Shown in pieces: positions 33,303-42,376 of a stretch of DNA of 64,000 nt. Each line of letters starts with the position of its first letter. Position 1 is the stretch's first letter. This stretch comes from Pelagomonas calceolata (Eukaryota), in the NCBI GenBank assembly GCA_918797485.1, contig CAKKNE010000003.1, forward strand, positions 4,464,001 to 4,528,000. Direction: 5' to 3'. The position numbers and the translations under genes are program-made. The notes beneath the pieces are model-generated. The model was not told the DNA's origin. It searched no databases and was given only the letters and a program-made list of their open reading frames with translations.

Positions 33303-35115
33303 CTACCGCCGAACCAGCTTCCGCAACCAACGCGGCTTCGACACGACATCCAGCGCGGGGCCGAGCCACGCGTCGACCCACCGCTCCGCGCCGTACCAGT
33401 CATCTGTCGGCACGGAGGTCCCGGCGACGTTGATCGAGTGGCGGCAGGGCAGCGTGAGCTGTAGGTCGGCCTCGGGGAGGTGGGCGGCGGACAACGGTAC
33501 CACGGAGTCGCCGAGACCCTCCGGGTTGCCGGACACGCGGCCGTACGCGTCGGCCGCCGTCGCCGCCTCGACGTCGCCGCCTCGATCGCCTCTGATCGCG
33601 TCCGACGCCACCGTGATGAGAGCAACGTCCGGCCACGCGGCGCCTGCAACATCCGCCAGCACCCCCCTCGTCGCGCAGGGCGTCCCTTCCGGCGGAGGCA
33701 CGTGCGGCGCCCCGAGAGTCACGACGCCGACGGTCCGCGCGGCCACCTGTGTGGAAATCAAAATTTTACGGCGCGTTCGTGCTGAATCATCGCGTCGTCC
33801 TCCACGCCATCGACGCGACGCCTGCTCGATGGCGTGGCGATGCCGGTTCCTCACCGCTCGACCGAGCCAGGACGGCTGCGTCATCGCCGAGAAATGACTT
33901 AGTGAAGAATTGTCGGGTGCACCCGACGCACTGGTTGATTTCCACACAGGCGGCCACGGCCCCGTCCAGCAGACACGCGAGCTTCGCGAGCCAGCCGCCC
34001 GCGGAGTGCCCGACCAGTAGCACGGGGCCGTCCACCTTTCCTAGCGTCTCGGAGACCTTGTCGGCGTACCAGCGGAACGCCGGGCTCGTCCGCCGGGCCT
34101 TCTCGAACAGCAGGAAGTCGGGGTCGCGCCCCCCCCGCGTGAGCACCTGGAGCCAGTCGCCCCGCGCGACCGGCACGACCTCGACGCGGAAGCCGCGCCG
34201 GCCCAGCGCGGCCGCGAGGCCCGTCTCCTCAGGAAGCCCCAGCGGCGTCGCGTAGTCCGCGGCGTCGTTGCCGAAGCCTGCGCGGGGCGCCGTCGGCGCG
34301 AATTCATACCGCACGAAGGCGCCGGCCCCGGACCCGGCAGGACCACGACCGTCGGCGGATTCACGAGCGGCGCGCGCGCCTTCGGGGTCGGCGCCCGGCC
34401 CGCGAGCCGGCCGGGCCAGAACTCCGGCTCGACGATTTCCTCGACTTCCTGGGCCGCCGGTGTCAAGAGCTGCAACAGGGCCTCGCCCGCCGAGAGCGCC
34501 CACGTCTCGTCGTAGGAGGAAATGCGGCCGCCTGCGTCGTAGGAAGAGGTTCGGGCGCGGCCCAGGGTTTGTAACAAACGCGGACGGCGCGCCGGCCCCG
34601 TTAAGCGTGTACGTCGTCGTGCCGTTCAGGTCCAGGCGCGGCCGCCAGGGGAGAGCTAGGGTCCCGACCATGCGCCACGACGCGGTGATCGCGGTCCCGT
34701 CCACGGCGAGGGCGTAGAGGTCGACGCGCCTCCGCTCCGACGGGACGAAGCGCTCGATCCACGGGTCGAGGTTTCTCAGGTTCGCTTCGAAGACGTCCAG
34801 GCCCCGGAAGGACAGCGTCGGGTCCGTGAAGACGCACGCCTCGTCGTACAGTTCGGGCGTGATCCTGCCGGACCAGAGGTACTCGTTCCTGAAATCGTCG
34901 GCGAGGCCCGCCTTGACCTGCTGCGGCGTCAGGCTCGCGAAGCGGCGCGGCCGCTTTTTGTTCGCCGGTTTCGCGCCGCCGTTCAGGTTCACGAGCTGCG
35001 TGAGGCCCGAGACGATGGTCTTGGTCGCGGCCGACGTGCTGCCGTAGCCGCGGCCCTGGGAGAGGGCGGTGGCGGGCAACACGCATGCGAGGAGCCTCAG
35101 CGGCGCGTCAACCAT
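33303..35115 (-). CDS. Probably plastid-targeted fusion of an NTF2/SnoaL-like (DUF2358-type) domain and an alpha/beta hydrolase; introns 34532-34592 (GC-AG), 34278-34333, 33747-33957
   Basis: LYDEACVFTDPTLSFRG...LPWRP...ISSYDETW; VVLPGFGN, LVGHSAGG, VTLGAPH and GDSVVP motifs. Confidence 0.8.
33747..33949. mobile_element. Intact introner (203 bp)
   Basis: Perfect 15-bp TIR ctgtgtggaaatcaa/ttgatttccacacag and perfect 8-bp TSD gcggccac (33739-33746, 33950-33957). Confidence 0.97.
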
Positions 35116-35366
35116 GCCGTGTGTGTGGCAGTAAAGATGAGTGGCTGGTCAATCTCAGGCACGCAAGGAAATTGGCTGTATGCCCTGAGGGGGCCAAAGC
35201 GGCTCCGCCTCGCTGCAATGGCTGTCGACGTAGAAACCCGCGAGCTCTCAAATAATTTTGCAGACTAGGCTAGCGACCCGTAAGACACTAGGCATCCAGG
35301 CAAGCGGTCCCAGACGCAGGCTAATATACCCACCAAGAATTATCAGCTAGTAGCAAGCGCAAAGAG

Positions 35367-36080
35367 ATGAGGTTCGCGCCCCTGCTGGGTGCCACGGCAG
35401 CGCTCCGAGCCCCACCGCGCCTTCCACGGCGCCTGCCGTGCCGCGCCTCGAGCGGTGCCTCGGTCGACGTCGCGGCGGCGTCCAACAAGCTCGACGGCGT
35501 CCTGCCGCTCGCCTACGGCGCCGCGTCCGCCGCCCTGGTCGCCAAGTCGTTTAAGTTGCGCCGCGCGCCGCCCGAGGCCGCAGTGTGCTGCGCGCTGGCG
35601 GCGCTCGCGACCATCACGCACGCGCCCACGGCGCGGACGCAGCTAAAATCGGTCCGGCGCGCGCGAGAAACCGCCAGGGCCGAGGTCTCGCAACGGGGCG
35701 GCGCCGAGAAGCGCTACAACGCCCGAGCGTGGCGGCGCGCCGTGGTGTTGCGACTGGCGGCGCAGTGGGCCGGCCTCCTCCGAACGATCCTGGGGGAGGA
35801 CGTCTTTGTGGGCGCGGCGACGGTGCTCGGCGCGAACGCGGGATTTTGGTTGACGGGGGGCGCGCACCGGCGTCACGACGCGTCCGGGTCGTTCACGCCC
35901 GTGCCCTACGCGACGGCGTTCCTGGTGTTCGTCATCGACGCCGCAATCGTGGGCTGCGCGCTGCTGGCGGCGCGGCGGCCCCCGGGCTACGCGCGCGCGT
36001 TCTACGCGTCCGTCGTGGTCGCGGCGTGCGGGTTTGGGGTCCTGGAAATGCTACCCCGGTGGCTGCGTAAAGGAAAGTAG
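35367..36080 (+). CDS. Hypothetical membrane protein with a bipartite plastid-type leader
   Basis: MRFAPLLGATAALRAP leader followed by several hydrophobic helices. Confidence 0.65.
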   Translation: MRFAPLLGATAALRAPPRLPRRLPCRASSGASVDVAAASNKLDGVLPLAYGAASAALVAKSFKLRRAPPEAAVCCALAALATITHAPTARTQLKSVRRARETARAEVSQRGGAEKRYNARAWRRAVVLRLAAQWAGLLRTILGEDVFVGAATVLGANAGFWLTGGAHRRHDASGSFTPVPYATAFLVFVIDAAIVGCALLAARRPPGYARAFYASVVVAACGFGVLEMLPRWLRKGK

Positions 36081-36084
36081 TTTA

Positions 36085-36696
36085 CTAGTAGGCCGCCTTG
36101 TGCTCCGCGATGCGCGGCCCGTGGAGCCATCGCTGCGACGCCACGAGCGGGTTGGCGATGGACTTCGAGCGGAGCTGGCGCGCGTTGCTCCGCTTCTTCA
36201 GGAACCAGCCCTCGGCGTCGCGGACCTGCTCGGGCAGGGTCAGCTGATACAAATTCGTGTCGACCTCGGCCATGAGCGTCCGCAGCCGACTCTCGGCCTC
36301 GGCGTCCGTCCGGTCGGCCCGCGGCTTCGCTTCGTACCGGGACGGCTTCGGGATGACCGGCCGCCGCTTGCGGAGCGACAGGTCGCGCGCGCGCCGGGCC
36401 TCCCAGGTCCCCGGGTGCTCGCGCGCGGATTTCGTGGGCCCCACGGGCTCCTCCTCGTCCCCGTGGTGGTCGTGGTGCACCTTGTGCCGGGCCCGCCGCT
36501 TCTTCACCTGCGTGTGCGCTCTCCCGAGCTGGGCGTCCACGAGGTGCATGTGCGCCGCGAGCACCTTCCGCTGTTCCGCTAAATCAACCGCTACCCGCTG
36601 CTTGTCCATTCGGCCCCGCGCGAGCATGGCACTGGTCACGTCCGTCTCTTGCTCCGGGACGACGATGCCATGCTTGCGTTGGCGCTCCTCCTCCAT
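36085..36696 (-). CDS. Hypothetical basic/coiled-coil protein
   Basis: GC3-biased frame from MEEERQRK. The upstream extension in the ORF track is LTR sequence. Confidence 0.6.
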   Translation of the reverse strand: MEEERQRKHGIVVPEQETDVTSAMLARGRMDKQRVAVDLAEQRKVLAAHMHLVDAQLGRAHTQVKKRRARHKVHHDHHGDEEEPVGPTKSAREHPGTWEARRARDLSLRKRRPVIPKPSRYEAKPRADRTDAEAESRLRTLMAEVDTNLYQLTLPEQVRDAEGWFLKKRSNARQLRSKSIANPLVASQRWLHGPRIAEHKAAY

Positions 36697-36713
36697 CTGG
36701 AGGGCTGGCAGAG

Positions 36714-36913
36714 TAGCAAGGTGGGTATGCAGCGTTATGTAAAGTAGCAAGGTCCTAGCTCTCCAGCCAAAGACTGGGCCTAACCCACTACGAGAGTGTT
36801 GTAATGAAAGTTGGAATACACAACAAAGCAGTGCCAAGAGCACAACAATGTATAGACTCAAATTAGAGGGAGATACATATCTAGGGAAGTGCTAGAGGGT
36901 TTCTCTCTCTCTA
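36714..36913 (-). mobile_element. Diverged full-length family-A solo LTR
   Basis: Reverse complement runs TAGAGAGAG...tactttacataacgctgc...CTTGCTA. No TSD is recognisable. Confidence 0.82.
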
Positions 36914-37498
36914 CTCAGGCTCCCTCTGGACGGAACGTTGGCGTCCGCCCGAAGCCTCTTCTGCCCGGGGTACGTACCTCACCGCAGCTCAGAATTGTGA
37001 AGCTCAAAATGCCATATGATAATTTTTTTTCCCCTTCAAGTTGAGTTGTTATGTCGAACAGTCTTTGCCCTGTGTGATGGTATTCGCGAACCCTTCATCA
37101 GAAAAGAGGTGTAGGTTCTTACAGAAGTTTATGAACTCTCTCTAGGAGCTTGGAACTCACGGCGGCGGCTGAGATAGTCTGCCGAGCAGCTACCTTAAAA
37201 TACACCAACTAGTTTTGGTTTACGGTGCTTACTTGCGCGTTGCGTGTGTGGTGTGTCTAAGTGTATAAGAAAGGGTATAGAATAAGGGGATGGATTTCGC
37301 CCTATTTCAAGTTATCGCACCCCGACTCGGAAGAGTTCAACCGCATTTTACATAATGCGCGACCCGACGCCCTGGAGATCCAGGACATCGTCCAATTCTA
37401 CTTCGTGCTGCTCGGCCGCATCGAGAAGCACATCGCTGCCAAGTCCGCCGTCGCTATCGTGGACTAGGGCTGCAAGACTACTAGACTTCGGTCGGTTC

Positions 37499-38404
37499 TT
37501 ACTTCGGCGCCTCAACGCGCGACGGGGCAGGAGTGCCGCCTACCCACCGCCCCGACGAGTTCGCGTCGACGATGGATTGCGCGCCGGCGAGCGCCGCGCA
37601 GAGCGCGCCCGGCTTCGTTCGGCAGTCCGCCGCGGACGCTCGCAACGGGAGCAGCGCCACGACGGCCGCCGCCGCGACCGCGCCCAGCAGGCGCTTGAGG
37701 CCGCCGCGCCCCGGTTTCCGCGGCGCCGGCACGTCCCCGGGCGCGCGCGCCCGACCCTCGGTCGTGATCAGGCCCCGCTCGCGCAGGTCGCCCGTCGTCG
37801 CGTGCGACGCGTCGAACCCGGCCACGCCGTCGACGACGCGACACACGTACACTTCGTGGTCCCCGCAATCGACCGGCTCGCCGACGGCTTCGAGGCTCAC
37901 GTAGGCGGCGCACCTCGGCAGGACGCGCTCGTCCCAGTCGCTCGACTCCCACGCAAACCCCGCGCCGTAGCACGCCGCCGCCTTGTCCGCGTCCGCCGCG
38001 GACGTGCCGCCGAGCGCATACACGAGGGGCGCGTGCTCCGGCCGCAGCAGCTGCAGCACGCCGCGCCGCCGCCTCGCAAAGTTGGCTCGACTGACCGTGC
38101 TCTTGAACAGGCTCAGGGCCCACCTCCGCTCGGGCCGGATGCCCACGGGCGTCGCATACGTCACGACGTTCATGTTCGTGTCGCCCGCCTCGTCGAGCGT
38201 CGCGAGCGAGTAGACGGGGCCGTCCAGCAACGGGGCCACCGTCCTCGGCACGGGCTCGTCGTACTCGTCCTCCGCGAGGCAGTCGTCGAGGCAGTCGGCG
38301 TCGTCGACCTCGTCCGAGCGGAGCGGTCCTTGCAGCGGGCTCCGTAGTAGTGGCGGCACGAATCCGAGCGCGGGCGTGGCGAGGACGAGGGCGAGGCAGC
38401 GCAT
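37499..38404 (-). CDS. Flavin reductase-like (split-barrel FMN-binding) protein with a plastid-type leader
   Basis: PVYSLAT...NMNVVTYATPVG...WALSLFK...DCGDHEVYVC; leader MRCLALVLATPALGF. Confidence 0.78.
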   Translation of the reverse strand: MRCLALVLATPALGFVPPLLRSPLQGPLRSDEVDDADCLDDCLAEDEYDEPVPRTVAPLLDGPVYSLATLDEAGDTNMNVVTYATPVGIRPERRWALSLFKSTVSRANFARRRRGVLQLLRPEHAPLVYALGGTSAADADKAAACYGAGFAWESSDWDERVLPRCAAYVSLEAVGEPVDCGDHEVYVCRVVDGVAGFDASHATTGDLRERGLITTEGRARAPGDVPAPRKPGRGGLKRLLGAVAAAAVVALLPLRASAADCRTKPGALCAALAGAQSIVDANSSGRWVGGTPAPSRVEAPK

Positions 38405-39069
38405 GGCTGCAACTGAACGGAACTTGTACGGACTCGTTTTAAAGTCTCTGGCCGGTCAAAGACAGTGAACGTGAAAAAATAAGGGCCAAAAATACATACC
38501 AGTATATGCTATAGGTATAGGTATAATAGCTATAGTCAATTCGGGTTGCGGGGGCGCGCGCCTAGAGGGTACTATATACTGCAGTCATTCGGGTTTTGGG
38601 GACAATCCCCGCGAGCGTGTACCTGACGAGCACATTTGGCTGCAGAGTAAAATAAGGCTAAAGATAAATCACTGGCGATTGAGCCCCGAGCCTCCAGAGC
38701 TCGCGGGTTTCTACGTCGACAGCGTACGCGAGTGTGTACGTAAGCTTGCTGCCGGTCGTAGAAGCGTGCGTCTTGCGTCCGATTCGGGTGCGGGGTTCGG
38801 GTTTCACACGACCCCCTGGCTCCGTAGAGCCAAGACAAAGCTAAAGAAAAATCAATTGGCAACTGTCAATCGCACGATGGATTCCGAACTTATCATGGAA
38901 GTGTCTTCTGGAAGCAAAGTTAGCTAGCGTTGAGATGTTCACTTTGAGGTGATGAGGGTCCTCTGTCTGTCTAAAGCGAGGAAAAAGAAACCGTATCCAA
39001 GTTGAAACCAGGAGGACAAGTCCCCCCTTGGAAAAAAGAACCTCGTCAACCCCGTACAACATATACAAT

Positions 39070-40398
39070 TTAACCCGGCGGCGGCTGCGGCGCCGGCGGC
39101 GGCACGACCCCATTGATCGCCGCAAACGCGGCCGCGACCTCGACCGCCGCCCACGCCGCGAGCGCGCCGTCTTCGTCGGCGCCGCCGCCGCGCAGGACCA
39201 GGTCGACGCGGCCCAGGAGAGCGCCCCGCGCGTTTTCGTCGCCCCCCTCGGTGGCACCGGCCAAGGCGGCCGCCGCGGACGCGCAGGCCGCCCGCAGGGC
39301 CGGCGGCGTGTCGGCCGCGAACGCCCGAGTCGTCAAGGCCGTCATCAGGCCGTCGGGCGGCGTAGCAAGGGCCGCGTCCCGACACGCCAGCGCCGCGGCC
39401 AGCGCCGCGCCCGAGTCGCCGGCCACGAGCGCGCCGGGGACCGCCCGCAGAACCGTCTCCGCGGTGGCGTTTTTCGCGACTTGCGAGGCGGTCGCGACCC
39501 GGATCCACGCGACGGCGCCGAGCGCGCGTTCTGGCGGCGCGGGCCCGCCCACGACCGTCGCCGCGAGGAAGGCCGCCACGGCCGACGCCGTGTCGTGCGC
39601 GGCGTGGGACGCGGCCGGCGTATTCGACGCGGCGGCGTCCCGCAGAAACGTCGCCAGATCCTCGATCTCCGCCGCGCCGCCCTGCAGGAGGTAGGCGTCG
39701 TCGAGGGCGTCGACGGCGGCGTGGAACGCCCGCGCGAGCGCCCTTCCCACGGCGTTCAGCGCGTCGGGCGCCCGACCCGCGCACGCCCGCCGCGCGTTCG
39801 CGTCGTCGACCCCCCAGCAGTGCAGGAGCGTCGCGAGGCAGCCCGCCCGCTCCGGCGTGCCAAACGGCTCCTCGCCGATCTTTTCGAGAGCGCCCACGGC
39901 CGCGTCGTGCAGCGGGAACGCCCGGTCGTCGGACACGAAGAACTGCACCGTCGTCGCGTCGAGGCGCACCGAGAGCGTCTTGAGGAGGGCCACGAACACG
40001 CACCGCGTCTCGTCGTCGTCGAGGAAGGCCGGGGCGTCGCGCAGGATCGCGTCGATCGCCGGCGACGACAGGAGGAGGTAGAGGGCCTGCTGCCTCCTTA
40101 TATTCTGCGCGAGCAGCGCGCAAGCTCGCAGGACCCGCTGCTTGACGGACACGGGTCCCTCGCGCCCCAGCGCCGCCATCACCTGCAGGACGCGCCGCTC
40201 CGCGAACAGGTCGAAGACCTGCTCGCGCTCCGCCGCTTCGCCTCGCGCGACCAGCGCCGCCACGCGCCCGATGACGTTGCCACAGTCCTCCTCCCATCTG
40301 GTGCCGGGCTTGAGGACGCGCCTCGACCGCTGCCTAACCCTGTAGAGCGCGTCGAGGCGGTCGCAGGCCTCACCCAGTGATCGCTCCAGGGACGCCAT
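39070..40398 (-). CDS. FPL-domain protein (CLEC16A/GOP-1/TT9-like N-terminus)
   Basis: FDLFAERRVL...QNIRRQQALYLLLS...FVALLKTLSVRLDATTVQFF...FPL. Confidence 0.8.
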   Translation of the reverse strand: MASLERSLGEACDRLDALYRVRQRSRRVLKPGTRWEEDCGNVIGRVAALVARGEAAEREQVFDLFAERRVLQVMAALGREGPVSVKQRVLRACALLAQNIRRQQALYLLLSSPAIDAILRDAPAFLDDDETRCVFVALLKTLSVRLDATTVQFFVSDDRAFPLHDAAVGALEKIGEEPFGTPERAGCLATLLHCWGVDDANARRACAGRAPDALNAVGRALARAFHAAVDALDDAYLLQGGAAEIEDLATFLRDAAASNTPAASHAAHDTASAVAAFLAATVVGGPAPPERALGAVAWIRVATASQVAKNATAETVLRAVPGALVAGDSGAALAAALACRDAALATPPDGLMTALTTRAFAADTPPALRAACASAAAALAGATEGGDENARGALLGRVDLVLRGGGADEDGALAAWAAVEVAAAFAAINGVVPPPAPQPPPG

Positions 40399-41013
40399 GG
40401 TTGTGATCCAACGCTGCCGTGGCGCTGGGCTTTTTCGAAGGGGTTGATCCTAATGCTTGCCTAGTGTGTGGTACCTACGGTACGAAGGCATGCACGACTC
40501 TAGCTCTGGGGATTGCCTGCCTAGGGATGCCTAGTGTGTTACAGGCCGCTAGCGCAAGCCAGTTCGGGTTCTGGGGGCGCGGGGGACTACTCCGCGCGAG
40601 CGTGGACGTAAGCTTGCTGCCGGTCGTAGAAGCGTGCGTCGTCGTCGCCGTGCGCGGGCGCGTCGGTGAAGTCCGGGTTGCCGCCGACGAGGCGACCGCC
40701 CCCAGGCTTCCCAAGAGCGACACTCCAGCTGTGGCATGGAGCCCTTCCCATGCCTGCGGCCCATGGCACGGGGAATTCTCGGCGGTGTCCCCCCACGGCC
40801 GGATAGTCCGCCAGTTGATACTATCAACCGGGACGACCGGCGGACACAACCGAATAATACTAAATACTACGGTATTCATCAGTCAATTGCCGTGCGTGGG
40901 GGGCTAAGTAAGTAATAAACAACGAAGACCTAAAAAGAAGGAACAAGCTCCTAAGAGAGCCAAGAATTGACCTCTAGTAGGATGATCGAAATGGTCTAAC
41001 AAGGCCTCTATTA

Positions 41014-42126
41014 CTATTCGTGTTTTTCGAGGCTAAAAACAGCCCCCCGCCGCCGCAGCGGCCGCGCGTCGTCCGCGTCGAAGAGCGGCCGTTTGCGCGC
41101 GGCCGCGGTCGGGTGAATCGGCGGCGGCGCGAAGTCCGGCGCCGCGTCCATGAACGCGCCGTAGTAGGACGCGTCGGCGGCGCCGGCCTCGTCGGCCTCG
41201 TCGACGTCGCGGAGCGGCGGCGCCCAGTGCGACCCAAAGGCCTTCGCCGCGGGCGCGGTCAGCGCCTCGCGACACACGCCCTGGGTGCGCGCCGCGTCCG
41301 AGACGGCGGACAACGCGCGCCGCGCGGCGGCCGGCGGCGCCGTCGTCGCCGCGTCGATGAGCGCGGCGGCCAGCGCCGCCCTCTGGAGGTCCGGGAGCCG
41401 GGACGCGCCCAGCACGGGCGCGGCGACGCCCAGGAGGTCCGCGGGGGCTTCTCTCAACGTCCGGGCCGTGGTCAGCGCCACGAGGCGGTCGACGAAGTCC
41501 GGCGCGTCGAGCCCGTGCCGCGTCACCAAGGTGAACACGCCCCGCAGCGCGCTGCACGCCTCGACCTCGTCGGCGGCGGCCAGCGCCGCCACGAACGCGT
41601 CGGCGAGCCGCAGCGGCTCCGGCATCGCCCCGAGCATCGCGCCGCATTTCCGCAGCGCCGCCAACCGCACCGACTTCGGCGTGATCGGCTTCTTGAGCGC
41701 GGCGACCCACGCGTGCCCCAGCGCCCGGCGCGCGACCTTGGAGGCCGGGGCCGGCAGGACCACGAGCACGCGCGGCGGGGCGGCCTTGGCCGCGCCCGCG
41801 ATCAGCGGCGCGCTCGTCGCCTGCCGGAGCACCGCCAGCAGCTTCGGCGGCGGCGGGTCGCGCATCGCGGCGACGGCGGCCCTGGCGACGCTCGCCAGCG
41901 GCGCCGGCGCGACGCCGCGGGCCGCGAGGCGATCGACCGTCTTCAACGCGACGCAGGCCGCCTCGTCGCCGAAGCGTGGCGCTTGCTCCGCGAGCGTCGC
42001 GAGCGCAGCGGGCACGGCTTCGCTGGTCGCGTCGGCGGCGACGGCCCGGCGCAACAGATGAATTGCGGCACAAGTCGGCCCCCCGTGTGACTCGAGTTGC
42101 GCGGCCGCTGCGGCGATGGCGCTCAT
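41014..42126 (-). CDS. Divergent NOC4-like (CBF/Mak21 domain) protein
   Basis: PLRLADAF...ALRGVFTLVTRHGLDAPDFVDRLVAL...SRLP. Confidence 0.65.
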   Translation of the reverse strand: MSAIAAAAAQLESHGGPTCAAIHLLRRAVAADATSEAVPAALATLAEQAPRFGDEAACVALKTVDRLAARGVAPAPLASVARAAVAAMRDPPPPKLLAVLRQATSAPLIAGAAKAAPPRVLVVLPAPASKVARRALGHAWVAALKKPITPKSVRLAALRKCGAMLGAMPEPLRLADAFVAALAAADEVEACSALRGVFTLVTRHGLDAPDFVDRLVALTTARTLREAPADLLGVAAPVLGASRLPDLQRAALAAALIDAATTAPPAAARRALSAVSDAARTQGVCREALTAPAAKAFGSHWAPPLRDVDEADEAGAADASYYGAFMDAAPDFAPPPIHPTAAARKRPLFDADDARPLRRRGAVFSLEKHE

Positions 42127-42376
42127 CTTGGTTGCCTCTCTCTTCAGGAGCTGCCGCTAGTACCTCACATGCTAGCCAAAGGAGAGAAGAGAGAAGGGAA
42201 TCGAGCTATAATAATCCTATTACTATTAATTAGAGCTAGCTAAGCAAGGATAGGCCAAGCAGGGATGCATGTAAAAGTATAGGGTTCGTTTGCAAGTTTT
42301 TATCTTACTTGTATATAAAACTTACTGCGCGTGCGCAATCCTGCGCCCGCGGCGAACTAGGAGCTTTTTCAGATAC

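Noticed and set aside
36697..36861. Signal-peptide-like N-terminus MSLYIVVLLALLCC of ORF 36085-36861
   Set aside because: It lies almost entirely within the solo LTR and starts at a non-ATG codon, so it is probably a chance reading frame.
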